Positions 45,431-54,781 of a DNA stretch of 64,000 nucleotides are shown in pieces. Under the pieces are notes generated by a model that made no database searches, was not told the DNA's origin, and saw only the letters and a program-made list of their open reading frames with translations. Numbering within the stretch: the first letter of the stretch is position 1; each line of letters opens with the position of its first letter. The DNA comes from an uncultured Clostridia bacterium (GTDB lineage Bacteria; Acidobacteriota; Aminicenantia; UBA2199): assembly GCA_964562095.1 (NCBI GenBank), contig CAZLSH010000002.1:9597-73596 (forward strand). The letters run 5' to 3'. Both the position numbers and the translations under genes were made by a program.

Positions 45431-46914
45431 TATTTCTTGGGCACCCAAATCAGCAGCACCATTCCCGGGATCGAGATCAGGAAGCTGACCAGGAACATGC
45501 CGCCGTACCCGAGCCAGGAGGCAATGAAGCCGCTGCTGACGCCGGCGACGATGCCGCCCAGGCTCATCAGCCCCGAGCCGATGGCGAAATGCGCCGCCTT
45601 GAACTCCATCTTGCAGATGCGCATCAGGAAGGTGGTCAGCACCGCCGTGCCCAGGCCGCTGGCGAACTGGTCGAAGCCGTGCACGCCGGCGGCGAGAGCC
45701 AGGTTGCCTGCGCCGATGAACAGCGGCTGCGCGGCGCCGGTGTTGGCGGCCAGGTAGGGTGCCAGGCCGCCGGCCAGCAGCATGTAGACGACATTGGTCA
45801 GGTTCTGCGCCAGCAGGAAGGGCCAGATCACCCGCTGGAGGCCGTGGCGCGAGATCATCCAGCCGCCGACCAGCGCGCCGGCGATCGAAGCGGGCAGGCC
45901 GATGCCGCCCGAGATCCAGCCGTAGTGCTCCTTGATGCCCAGGTCGACGACGAACGCCGACGCCATGGAGCTGACCATGAATTCGCCGCTGCGCGCCAGG
46001 ACGATGAAGGCCAGGACCAGGCCGATCTTCTCCTGGTCCATGAAAGTGAGAAAGGCGCGGCCGTAGAAGGAATTCGGGTCCCGGGTCAGGAGGGATGCGA
46101 GCTTTGTGCGCAGAGCGGCCAGGAGAGCCAGCCCCAGCAGCAGCCCCAGGCCGACGGCGCGGGCGAAATTCAGCTCCCTGAGGATGGGCGATGCCTGCCG
46201 CCATTCCTGCCACAGGGCCGAGTTGAAAAAAATGAGGAACCCGGCGACCAGCGCAACTCCCAGGCCGATGTTCGCCAGGACACGCGGCCGGGCGAACAGG
46301 CCGAGCATTTTCACGGCCGGTTGGCGCTCCGTCTCGCATTCGGGGAGGAAGAAAAAATGGTAGGCGGCCAGCAGCGCCAGCAGCAGGCCGGCGAGCAGGA
46401 AAGCGAGCATCCAGGAGAAGGCGGCGCCGATGGTCACGATCACGCCGCTGGCGGTGAGCATGGCCACGCGGTAGGCCATGATGCGGTAGCCCAGAAAGCG
46501 GGTCTGCTCTTCCTGGTTGAGCGCTGCCAGGTAATAGCCGTCTATGGCGATGTCGTGGGTGGCGGCGACGAAGGCCCCGGCGAAGAACAGGATGGCGATC
46601 AGGCGCGGGGCGGCGGGCAGGGGTACGAGGAACGCCGCGGCGCCGATCAGGACGGCCAGCGATGCCTGCATGGCCAGCAGCCAGCTTTTCTTGGTGGCGA
46701 ACTCGTCGACGAGCGGCCCCCAGAAGAACTTGAGGATCCAGGGCAGGCCGAAGAAGGTGGTCAGGCCGACCGCCTCCAGGCTGACGCCGCGGTCGCGAAA
46801 GAAGAAGGCGGAGACGGAGCGGATGATGGAGAAGGGGAACCCTTCCGCGAAGTAGGTGCTGAAGCACCAGACTTGCGGTCTTTTGGCGATGGATGTCGGT
46901 CGGTCGTTGGCCAT
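45430..46914 (-). CDS. AmpG-like MFS permease
   Basis: The start MANDRPTSIAKRPQVWCFSTYFAEGFPFSIIR is typical of AmpG/muropeptide permease N-termini, with a 12-14 TM profile. The upstream 42 aa of the listed ORF are rejected. Confidence 0.65.
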   Translation of the reverse strand: MANDRPTSIAKRPQVWCFSTYFAEGFPFSIIRSVSAFFFRDRGVSLEAVGLTTFFGLPWILKFFWGPLVDEFATKKSWLLAMQASLAVLIGAAAFLVPLPAAPRLIAILFFAGAFVAATHDIAIDGYYLAALNQEEQTRFLGYRIMAYRVAMLTASGVIVTIGAAFSWMLAFLLAGLLLALLAAYHFFFLPECETERQPAVKMLGLFARPRVLANIGLGVALVAGFLIFFNSALWQEWRQASPILRELNFARAVGLGLLLGLALLAALRTKLASLLTRDPNSFYGRAFLTFMDQEKIGLVLAFIVLARSGEFMVSSMASAFVVDLGIKEHYGWISGGIGLPASIAGALVGGWMISRHGLQRVIWPFLLAQNLTNVVYMLLAGGLAPYLAANTGAAQPLFIGAGNLALAAGVHGFDQFASGLGTAVLTTFLMRICKMEFKAAHFAIGSGLMSLGGIVAGVSSGFIASWLGYGGMFLVSFLISIPGMVLLIWVPKK

Positions 46915-46984
46915 AGTCCCAGATGGTATTACATGAAAACGGAGATGTAAATAGAGACGACCGCAGTCCGAATTCCATTTGAAC

Positions 46985-47100
46985 TCAGGGAAGAAGCGGG
47001 AAGAGTGAGGGAAAGGCAGAGGGAAGACAAAGTGGGACAAGCGGTCATCAAGGGCTTATCCCGCTCTCTCTTCCCTCGTTCTTCCCTCTGTCTTCCCTTG
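46985..47100. repeat. GGGAAGA-type long imperfect hairpin element (copy 1), overlapping the tilS 3-prime end
   Basis: Purine arm GGGAAGAGTGAGGGAAAGGCAGAGGGAAGACAAAGTGGGACAAG, a loop, then pyrimidine arm CTCTCTCTTCCCTCGTTCTTCCCTCTGTCTTCCCTTGAATCTTCCC. Both arms contain CAGAGGGAAGA(C/A)A in opposite orientation. Confidence 0.55.
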
Positions 47101-48469
47101 AATCTTCCCTTAGTTCGCTGGATTTCAGGCCGATGCGGATGAAGGGCCCCTTTGCGCCGTCCCGGACGGCGAAGGGGGCGGCGACGGGCGATCGGCAAAC
47201 CCAGATGATCTCGCCATCGCCGTTTTCCAGCAGCGGGCAGAGGCGGCGCAGCGGCGCCGGCACGCCCGAAGCGCGGATCATCTCAAAGACGCTCTGTTCG
47301 TAGGGGGAATGGATCTTGCGGTACTTGTCGCCGCGGCGGGCCGGGCGCAGACGCAACGGGAAGCGCAGCTTCTTTTCCGCCACCAGGATCTCGAAGTTGT
47401 CCCCGGGCAGGCGGAAGCGGGCGGTCTTTTTCACGATGAGGCTGCGGCCGATCTCCGGGATGGGCCATTTGCCGGCGCCGCCGATCTCCAGGCGGTAATC
47501 GCCGATGCGCACCTTCTCCGGGAAGATCCAGCCCTTGGCGAACTTCAGGTTCAGCCCGGGCAGGGAGAGGCCGCGACCCGTCTCCACGCTCTTCATGAAA
47601 TCGGCGATATGCTCGTAGCCGACGCCCAACAGGTCGCCCTTGACCCGGCGCAGGTATTCGCGGGCCAGGTGCCGCGCCAGGGCCGGGTGCAGGCCGGTGA
47701 AGGCGGCTGCCGGCAGAATGGTCCTCATGAGCAGTTGTTGGTCCAGGATGGCGCTGGCCGCGCCCTGAAAAAAGTCGAACTCGTCCTGAATCAGCAGCAC
47801 CGTGCGCAGTATCCGCTCATCGGCTTCGGGCTCGATGGCCCGGGCCGCGGGCATGAGCAGGTGGCGGATGCGGTTGCGCAGGAAGTCGTGCTCCAGGTTG
47901 GTCGGGTCCCGGTAATACTCGATGCCGTTGCGTTCCAGGAAGGCCAGGATCTCCGCCTCGGAGAAGATGAGCAGCGGCCGGACGATCCGCTTCTCCTTGC
48001 TGGCGTAGATCGCCGATAGTCCTTGCAAGCCGCTGCCGCGGAAGAGCTTGATAAAGAAGGTTTCGGCCAGGTCGGAGCGGCTGTGGGCAGTGGCGATGCG
48101 CGGGCCGGGGTAGCGGCCGGCCAGGCAATGGAAGAAGTCGTAGCGCGAGAGCGAAGCGGCGTGCTCGAGGTTCAGGCGCTTCTCCTCGCGGAAGCGCTCC
48201 ACGTCGCGGCTGCCGGTCTCCAGTTCGATGCCGCGGGCGGCGCAGAAGTCGCGCACCCATTTCTCCTCTTCCCGGGCGTCGTCGCGCAGGCGGTGGTTGA
48301 AATAGGCGGCGACCATCCGGAAGCGGAGGGCCTTTTGCAGTTCCTGGAAGAGCAAGGCCAGGGTGACCGAGTCCTTTCCCCCGGAGAAACCGAGGATGAC
48401 CGTGTTGCCGGGGCGGACGAGTCCGTGGTCCTGGATGTTTTTTTTGAATTCCGGGAACAGGATATTCAT
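47048..48469 (-). CDS. tilS: tRNA(Ile)-lysidine synthetase
   Basis: The PP-loop ILGFSGGKDSVTL and a TilS-length, two-domain protein. The last ~17 codons run into the hairpin element, so the true C-terminus may be shorter. Confidence 0.8.
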   Translation of the reverse strand: MNILFPEFKKNIQDHGLVRPGNTVILGFSGGKDSVTLALLFQELQKALRFRMVAAYFNHRLRDDAREEEKWVRDFCAARGIELETGSRDVERFREEKRLNLEHAASLSRYDFFHCLAGRYPGPRIATAHSRSDLAETFFIKLFRGSGLQGLSAIYASKEKRIVRPLLIFSEAEILAFLERNGIEYYRDPTNLEHDFLRNRIRHLLMPAARAIEPEADERILRTVLLIQDEFDFFQGAASAILDQQLLMRTILPAAAFTGLHPALARHLAREYLRRVKGDLLGVGYEHIADFMKSVETGRGLSLPGLNLKFAKGWIFPEKVRIGDYRLEIGGAGKWPIPEIGRSLIVKKTARFRLPGDNFEILVAEKKLRFPLRLRPARRGDKYRKIHSPYEQSVFEMIRASGVPAPLRRLCPLLENGDGEIIWVCRSPVAAPFAVRDGAKGPFIRIGLKSSELREDSREDRGKNEGRESGISP

Positions 48470-48519
48470 CGCCCCCTCGGGTTTCTTCCTCTCCGCGGAG
48501 AAGAAAGAGTAGCGGCGGA

Positions 48520-48592
48520 GGGAATTGAACCCCCGACATAACGGATATGAGCCGTCTGCTCTACCGACTGAGCTACGCCGCCATCAGGAGCC
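48520..48592 (-). tRNA. tRNA with anticodon CAT (elongator Met or Ile2-lysidine type); no encoded CCA
   Basis: The reverse complement folds as a cloverleaf: acceptor GGCGGCG/CGCCGCT, D-arm GCTC-AGTCGGT-AGAGC, anticodon stem GACGG/CCGTT with loop CTCATAT, T-arm GGGGG-TTCAATT-CCCTC. It has a G1-U72 pair and lacks initiator-type features. Confidence 0.85.
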
Positions 48593-48640
48593 AATTATAC
48601 CCGAAACAGGGCTGCCATGCAACAGAGCAGGTCTTCAGGG

Positions 48641-48770
48641 AAGGCAGGGAGAAGAAAGAGGGAAAGGCAGAGGGAAGACAGAGTGGGAAAGAAGTCGATT
48701 ACGGCTATTCTCACTCTCTCTTCCCTCATTCTTCCCTTTGTCTTCCCTCTGACTTCCCTTTATTTCGTCA
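48641..48770. repeat. GGGAAGA-type long imperfect hairpin element (copy 2)
   Basis: GAAGGCAGGGAGAAGAAAGAGGGAAAGGCAGAGGGAAGACAGAGTGGGAAAGAAG, a loop, then CTCACTCTCTCTTCCCTCATTCTTCCCTTTGTCTTCCCTCTGACTTCCC. The core is >80% similar to copy 1. Confidence 0.55.
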
Positions 48771-48779
48771 ACGTCCTTG

Positions 48780-50117
48780 CTAGAACTTCCTGCTGGCTCC
48801 GCCGCCGCCGGAGCGGCCGCCGCCGAATGAGCCCAGGGACGAGCGCGAGCCGGACGAGGATGAACGCGGAGAGGAGAGGCGCGGCGTCGAGTTCTCGCGG
48901 GTCTTGGAGTAGTTGCACTTGGGGTTGAGGCAGGTCTCGGTGGTCCGCGTGCGGCCGCCGTGTTCCTTTGTCGCCGCCACCAGCGTCATAGTGCTGGAGG
49001 TGAGGGCGCGGCGCTGGCACTGCGGGCACTTGCAGGCCTTGCCCAGCTTGATGGCCAGCTTTTCGTCGGCGCCGCACTTCGGGCAACGCCAGAATTCGTA
49101 GTCCATTCCGCCCGCCTTCTCCTCGGCCGCCTCCTCGGTGCTCAGCATCACGTCGTCCTCGCTGTCAGCGGCCATGTCCATGGCGGCGCCGCACTTCGTG
49201 CAGGAGAGATGGTAGGAATCCACCTTCCTTTTGAGGATCCGGCCGGTGAAGAGGCGGCCGAAGGTGGCCAGCCCGGGCGCGGCCAGCATGGATACAAAGG
49301 GAGTGAGGAAGTCCCTGCCGAAGCCGAGGACCAGGAAAAAGGAGATCACACCGCCGATCCAGGCCAGGATGACGCTGGCGGGAGTGCCGCCGGCGATCCG
49401 AGCGCGGGCGGCCCTGCCGCGGGCCCTGTTGAAGCGCGTCACGGTGAGGGCGACGGCCAGCAGGGCGAAGGCCAGGATGCCGCCGCCGAAGTACAATGAG
49501 GCCCGCAGCGGGTCCCATTTCCCCTTTTTTTTCGGCTGGGGGAAGTTCTTGGGCTTGGGAGGGGGCGCCTCGGCCGGCCAGGAAGCCGGGTCGGCGATTG
49601 TAAGGGAAACGTCGCCGGCCGCCTGGACGGCGACATCGCGGGCGGCCAGGAACAGGCCGCGACCGAAGCGGCCGGCCTGGAGATGGGTGATGGCGTTGCG
49701 CTCGAGCAGGCGCGAGGCCAGGGCGTCGGGGATGTCCGCCTCCAGGCCGTAGCCCACCTCCAGGCGCACGAAACGGTCGTCGCGCGAGCAGAGGAGAAGG
49801 AGGCCATTGTCCCTGCCCCTGGCGCCGATGGCGAAACGGCGGAACACCTTTTCGGCGAATTCCTCGATCCCCAGCCCGCCCAGGTCGCCGACCGTGACCA
49901 CGGCCATCTCGACGGTCGCCTTGGACTGCAGCTCGCGGCAGATGCCGTCGATCATTCCGACATACGCGGGCGACAGCACGCCGCCGCCATCGGAGACATA
50001 GGCCCCTGAGGCCTTTCTCGGGTTCAAGACCTCCTCGGGTCTTTCCCCCTGCAGCGGCAGGAGGGCGGCGCCCAGCGCCAGCAGCAGCCAGAGGCAGCGA
50101 AGCGGTCTTCCGTTCAT
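48780..50117 (-). CDS. TPM-domain (YgcG/TLP18.3-like) membrane protein with C-terminal zinc-ribbon motifs and a Gly/Ser-rich tail
   Basis: A signal peptide (MNGRPLRCLWLLLALGAALLP), a TPM-like region, two TM segments, CxxC pairs (CTKCG, CPKCG, CPQC) and a GGGRSGGGGAS tail. The start at 50117 is preceded by GGAAGGAG. Confidence 0.6.
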   Translation of the reverse strand: MNGRPLRCLWLLLALGAALLPLQGERPEEVLNPRKASGAYVSDGGGVLSPAYVGMIDGICRELQSKATVEMAVVTVGDLGGLGIEEFAEKVFRRFAIGARGRDNGLLLLCSRDDRFVRLEVGYGLEADIPDALASRLLERNAITHLQAGRFGRGLFLAARDVAVQAAGDVSLTIADPASWPAEAPPPKPKNFPQPKKKGKWDPLRASLYFGGGILAFALLAVALTVTRFNRARGRAARARIAGGTPASVILAWIGGVISFFLVLGFGRDFLTPFVSMLAAPGLATFGRLFTGRILKRKVDSYHLSCTKCGAAMDMAADSEDDVMLSTEEAAEEKAGGMDYEFWRCPKCGADEKLAIKLGKACKCPQCQRRALTSSTMTLVAATKEHGGRTRTTETCLNPKCNYSKTRENSTPRLSSPRSSSSGSRSSLGSFGGGRSGGGGASRKF

Positions 50118-50250
50118 GGGGGCTCCTTCCAGGGGGGAGATTGTACGTGAAAACCGGATGAATTTCAAAAAGAGCGCAGCCAGAAAAATAAGCGGTTGAC
50201 AAAAACGACTAAATGTATTATATAAATGGTACAATGAAATCCAAAGGGGA

Positions 50251-50646
50251 ATGAACATGAACCTGACGATCGATGCCAAGTCGCCCTTGCCGGTCTATCA
50301 GCAGGTTATTCAGGCAATCAAGCTGGAGATACTTTCCGGCGGCCTGCGCAACGGCGACCCGCTGCCCTCCATCCGCGACCTGGCCAAGCTGCTCAAGCTG
50401 AATCCCAATACCGTAGCAAAGGCGTATTACGCTTTGGAAGCCGAAGGCTTCAGCGAGGGGCGCAGCGGCAGCGGCAGCCGCGTCAAGGTGCCGCCCGGCA
50501 GGCAGGATGCGCTGCGCAAGGCCATGCTGGAAAGCGAATTGAGGATCTTCCTGGAGAAAGCGGTATCGCTGGGTTTCTCTCTGGAAGACATCGGACAACT
50601 GATAGAGAGGATAAAAAATGAGCCAAGCCATCATCGAGGTCTGTGA
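50251..50646 (+). CDS. GntR-family (YtrA-subfamily) transcriptional regulator
   Basis: A GntR HTH (PSIRDLAKLLKLNPNTVAKAYYALEAEGF), a short 131-aa form, overlapping the downstream ABC ATPase. Confidence 0.8.
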   Translation: MNMNLTIDAKSPLPVYQQVIQAIKLEILSGGLRNGDPLPSIRDLAKLLKLNPNTVAKAYYALEAEGFSEGRSGSGSRVKVPPGRQDALRKAMLESELRIFLEKAVSLGFSLEDIGQLIERIKNEPSHHRGL

Positions 50647-51463
50647 TCTTTCCCTGGGTTTTTCCCGCAAAAAGGTGCTCGACAGCCTGTGCCTGTCCCT
50701 GAATGAAGGGGAGTGGGCGGTGATCGCCGGACGCAACGGTGCGGGCAAGAGCACGCTGCTGCGCGCGCTGGCCGGCGTGCTGCTGCCCGACTCCGGGACC
50801 ATCACCCGTTCGGCCGCGGCGCCCCGGGAACGGATCGGCTTCATCTCCGACCGCCTCAGCCTCTTCGAGGACTGGTCGATCGATCAGGCCGTCGACTTCC
50901 ACCGCCGTGTCTTCCACATCAAGGATTTCGACGGCCATATGGTCAAGCGCCTGGGAGTGCGGGACAAGGACCGGATCAGGAACCTCTCGGCCGGCGAGCG
51001 GGCCATCCTGCATTTGTCGCTGGCCCTGGCGCAGAAGCCGGCGCTGCTGCTGGTCGACGAGGTGCTGCACATGCTCGACCCGTACATCCGCGACCTGTTC
51101 ATCGAGGGTCTGATCGAGGCGATGGCGGTCCAGCAGGCGTCGGTGCTCACGGTCAACCACACCTTCGGCGAGATCGAGCGCCTTCCCGAGCGGGTGCTGG
51201 TCATGGACGAGGGGCGGTTCGTCATCGACGAAACTCCGGAAGCGCTGCGCGGCAAGATGAGAAAAGTCGTCAGCCGCGACCTGTTGCCCGAAACCCTGCC
51301 CTGCATTTTCAAGAGAACCGATGGCGAATACAAGGAATATTTCATCTTTCCGTTCCAGGAAGAGTTGCGGCAAGGGAATTCGCTTGATTTCCAGGGAATG
51401 GCGTTGCCCGAAATCATCAAGGCATTCATCGGAGGCGGTTATGAACAGAAAAGAATGGCGTGA
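50618..51463 (+). CDS. ABC transporter ATP-binding protein
   Basis: Walker A GRNGAGKST, signature LSAGERAIL and Walker B LLLVDE. Confidence 0.85.
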   Translation: MSQAIIEVCDLSLGFSRKKVLDSLCLSLNEGEWAVIAGRNGAGKSTLLRALAGVLLPDSGTITRSAAAPRERIGFISDRLSLFEDWSIDQAVDFHRRVFHIKDFDGHMVKRLGVRDKDRIRNLSAGERAILHLSLALAQKPALLLVDEVLHMLDPYIRDLFIEGLIEAMAVQQASVLTVNHTFGEIERLPERVLVMDEGRFVIDETPEALRGKMRKVVSRDLLPETLPCIFKRTDGEYKEYFIFPFQEELRQGNSLDFQGMALPEIIKAFIGGGYEQKRMA

Positions 51464-53333
51464 AGTAGGCCTTCAGTCATTGTACTTCGTGCTGGCCTTG
51501 GCCGGCATGGTCCTGCTGGCTTTTATCGGCGACCTGCTGAGCGACAGGCCCCTGGGCGGCGAGAAGATCGCCATCATCCTGGGGCTGTGGCTCCTGATGT
51601 TTTCCATGTTCATGGGCCTTTCTCCCTTCGCCATGGACGCCAAGCAGAGGGGAATGGAATACCTGCTCAGCCTGCCGCTGCCGCGGCGCCGGCTGCTGCT
51701 GGTCAAACTCCTGCCGCGCCTGGCCGCCGTCATCCTCTTCTTCCTGGCATTCGCGGCGTTCTACGGCCTGGCGGGCAACGCCGCCTTCGGCGGGGCGTTC
51801 GCCGCGTTCAGCCTGACATATTTTGCCTTGTTCTTCATCTCCATTTCCCTGGCGGTCGTCCACGAGAATTTCATCATCCAGTCGCTCTGGGCCGGCGTTG
51901 CCCTGTGCGGCTACCTGGCCCTCTGCCTGTGGGTGTGCGCCCTGGGCTTCGCCTGGAAATTTAGCATGCCTTTTTCCTGGACCGGGATCCGACCCTGGAT
52001 GGACCTGAGCTACGACGCAGCTAGCTTGATTTCGGCGATCACCGTTTTTCTCATAATGCTGGCACCTTTCGTCTTCTCCTTTTTCCTGGCCTTCAAAAAG
52101 TTCGACCTGAAGCCGGCCCGAGCCTTCAACCGCCGCCAGCTGCTGTTTTTCGTGCCGCTGCTGCTCCTGGCTTTTGCGGGTTCCCTGGGCGTCACCTATT
52201 TTGCCCAAAAAAGCTCCGCTTATGACGAGGCGGACTTCCATATCCTCAAGGACCAGCGGCTGCTAAAAACCAGTTTTGCGGGAAAGCTGACCCTGTACAG
52301 CCAGGCTGGCCGGCAGCGCATCAAAACCAAGGGGCTCAGTTTCTTGGAGCGGATGCTGCTTGAGCAAAAAGAGCGGTTGTTTTTGAGCGGCTATGATTCC
52401 AAGGACGGGACGCGGTTCATCGGCTGCCTGAACCTGGCGGACCTCTCCTGGAAAATAGTGCACCGCTGCCCGAATCGCTACTTTGTCGTCCCCGGCTACC
52501 AGAGCTTCCGTTATGACGGCGAGAGTTTTGTCTACCTGCGGCGCAGCCGGGCCGAGGCAGAGCGGCCTGGCCTGGATACCGATCCCGTGGTAAGAACGGA
52601 AGAAATGGAACTGGTCCGTGTGGACCCAACCGGCGGCAAGGAGCGGACGATCGCCTACAACACTCCGCTTTTCAAGAGATATTACGAGCCCACCTTCATC
52701 GGCTGCGATACGCAGAACAGCATGCGCTTCTGGCTGGTCGCCCACAAATGGAAAAACGTGCTCCGGCTATGGGAGGACGGCCGGGTGGAGGACCTGGGCT
52801 TGTCTAAAGGTATCCCGGTTTATGCCGGCGGCCTGCTGTTCACCCGCGGCGACAATTCCATGAAAGTGCTTCGCTTGCTGGCCAACGGCAGCGAAACGGT
52901 CAAGGAAATTAGCGGAGATTTCAAGGTCAATGTTTTTTATAACCGTTCACTGGATATCAGGAATGTCAGGGAAATTTATGTCAAACGGAATAAGCGCATC
53001 GTGTGCATCGACTTGGCCTCTATAAATGTCGAAGATGTCGGGCCTGAGCGCGGCAATATCTGGATGGTTCCGTCCGGGGAATTTTATTATGTCGAATTCG
53101 AATCCTGGCCGCCCTTGGGCACCAACGGCTGGAAGAAGCTGTACCGCCTGCAGGACGGCAAAATGGTCCTGCTCAAGCGCTTCGATTTCGCGGACGCCGG
53201 CTACGGGCATCTCAGGGTGAACGGCAATGGCGTCATACTGCACCAGATGAAAATGAAAAACGCCAGGGTGGCGGAGTCGAGCACGCGCATTTTTGCTTTC
53301 CCGGATTTGAAGGAATTGCCGATCAAGGACTAG
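51441..53333 (+). CDS. ABC-2-type permease-like membrane protein with a ~380-aa C-terminal soluble domain of unknown function
   Basis: Six N-terminal TM helices, then a hydrophilic domain with no motif I recognise. The start MNRKEW at 51441 is preceded by a GGAGGCGG RBS. Confidence 0.55.
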   Translation: MNRKEWREVGLQSLYFVLALAGMVLLAFIGDLLSDRPLGGEKIAIILGLWLLMFSMFMGLSPFAMDAKQRGMEYLLSLPLPRRRLLLVKLLPRLAAVILFFLAFAAFYGLAGNAAFGGAFAAFSLTYFALFFISISLAVVHENFIIQSLWAGVALCGYLALCLWVCALGFAWKFSMPFSWTGIRPWMDLSYDAASLISAITVFLIMLAPFVFSFFLAFKKFDLKPARAFNRRQLLFFVPLLLLAFAGSLGVTYFAQKSSAYDEADFHILKDQRLLKTSFAGKLTLYSQAGRQRIKTKGLSFLERMLLEQKERLFLSGYDSKDGTRFIGCLNLADLSWKIVHRCPNRYFVVPGYQSFRYDGESFVYLRRSRAEAERPGLDTDPVVRTEEMELVRVDPTGGKERTIAYNTPLFKRYYEPTFIGCDTQNSMRFWLVAHKWKNVLRLWEDGRVEDLGLSKGIPVYAGGLLFTRGDNSMKVLRLLANGSETVKEISGDFKVNVFYNRSLDIRNVREIYVKRNKRIVCIDLASINVEDVGPERGNIWMVPSGEFYYVEFESWPPLGTNGWKKLYRLQDGKMVLLKRFDFADAGYGHLRVNGNGVILHQMKMKNARVAESSTRIFAFPDLKELPIKD

Positions 53334-53347
53334 TTCCGCCCTTATCT

Positions 53348-54781
53348 ATGCCGGCCTTGATTGACAGCGGCGGGGGTTCATACTACCATCCTTGCCGGAA
53401 GCACTCCATGACGATCCGCAAGCGCGGAAAAAAAACGACCGCCCGCAAACAGGCAACGCCGGGGCCGCCGGCCCGTTCCGGCTGGCTTGCCCTTTACCGC
53501 CGCTCCAGCCGCGAGACCCTGGAACTGGCCCTGGGCGAGGTCCCCGGCTACGCCGAATGGCGGCCGTTCGATCCGGGACGCAAGGCCGGCGTGGACGAGC
53601 GCTACGCGGCGCTGCCGGCGCTCACCAAGCGCGAGCTGCGCGAGCATTTTCCCGCCGGCTTCGTGCCGCGCCAACGCGAGCTCGGCCCGGGACTGGCCGC
53701 CGGCGAGGTGGAGTTTGCCCAGACCAGCGGCAGCACCGGCGACCGCGTGACCCTGGTTTTTAATCCCGCCTGGTGGGAGGAGTCGGAGCGGGCCGCCTGG
53801 GGGCTCAACCGCCACGCCCGCCGCTATGCCGATGGCCGCCACCGCGAGGCGGTGCTGGCCTCGCCGCGCTGCGTCGGCCCCGGCTTTACCCCCCGGCCGC
53901 TGGGCGTCGCCGAGCGCACCATCGGCCGCCACCTCTACGTCAACCAGAGGCTCAATCCCGCCGCCTGGAGTGAAGCCGACGTGCGGCGCATGGCCCGGGA
54001 GATCAATGACTACGAGCCGGTGGCCATCGAGGGCGACCCGGCCTACCTGGCCGCCTTCTGCCGCCAGGTGCGGGCGTCGGGAGCGAAGATATGGCAGCCG
54101 CGCATCATCTTCCTCACCTACACCTTTCCCTCGCGCCTTTACCGGCGCCAGATCGCCGAGGTCTTCCGGGCGCCGCAGGCCAGCTCGTACGGCTCGACCG
54201 AGACCGGCCACGTCTTCATGGAATGCGAGGCGGGCCGGCTGCACCAGAACGTAGAGCACTGCCGGGTCGATTTCCTCCCCTGGCTGCCGCGCCATGGCGG
54301 CCCGCAGCGGGGGCGCATCCTGGTCACCGTGTTCCACAACCCCTGGTTTGCCGTGCTGCGCTTCGACATCGGCGACGTAGCGCGGCTTGACGACCGGGGC
54401 CCCTGCCCATGCGGCCACGTCCAGGGGATGGTACTGCGCGCCGTCGAGGGCCGGGTCAGCCATGTGACGTTCGACCGCGGCGGCAATGCCGTGAGTGTCG
54501 ACGATCTCGACGCCCGGCTGGCCGATGTTCCGGGGCTGGACGGCTGGCAGCTGGAGCTGCCGCGGCCCGGCGAGATGCGCCTGCGCATGCTGGCCGCCCC
54601 CGGGGAGCAACGGCCGGACGGCGCCGAGGCGCGCGGGCGGCTGCGCGAGCTTTACGGCGACGGCGTCCGCATCGCGGTTGTGGTGACGAAATCCCTGCAG
54701 CACGAGCCCTCGGGCAAGATCCGCTTCGTGCGTGCGGCATACCCTGTGCACCACGCGGTCCTGTGGCGGAGTCGGCGGTGA
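53348..54781 (+). CDS. Adenylate-forming enzyme, phenylacetate-CoA ligase (PaaK)/coenzyme F390 synthetase-like
   Basis: AMP-binding motifs QTSGSTGDRVTL and YGSTETG. It has a basic N-terminal extension; the start could be 53408. Confidence 0.65.
   Translation: MPALIDSGGGSYYHPCRKHSMTIRKRGKKTTARKQATPGPPARSGWLALYRRSSRETLELALGEVPGYAEWRPFDPGRKAGVDERYAALPALTKRELREHFPAGFVPRQRELGPGLAAGEVEFAQTSGSTGDRVTLVFNPAWWEESERAAWGLNRHARRYADGRHREAVLASPRCVGPGFTPRPLGVAERTIGRHLYVNQRLNPAAWSEADVRRMAREINDYEPVAIEGDPAYLAAFCRQVRASGAKIWQPRIIFLTYTFPSRLYRRQIAEVFRAPQASSYGSTETGHVFMECEAGRLHQNVEHCRVDFLPWLPRHGGPQRGRILVTVFHNPWFAVLRFDIGDVARLDDRGPCPCGHVQGMVLRAVEGRVSHVTFDRGGNAVSVDDLDARLADVPGLDGWQLELPRPGEMRLRMLAAPGEQRPDGAEARGRLRELYGDGVRIAVVVTKSLQHEPSGKIRFVRAAYPVHHAVLWRSRR

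Noticed and set aside
45307-46950. 547-aa plus-strand ORF and 525-aa minus ORF 45401-46978
   Set aside because: They occupy alternative frames of the AmpG-like permease locus. Only the 45430-46914 minus frame gives a TM-helix-rich, AmpG-like protein; the others are Arg/Gly/Pro/Asp-rich.
48023-48783. Plus-strand ORFs (172, 75, 78 aa) around the tRNA
   Set aside because: They overlap the antisense of tilS and the tRNA, or read through the hairpin repeat (the REGKAEGR... translation comes from the purine arm). None has an RBS or protein-like composition.
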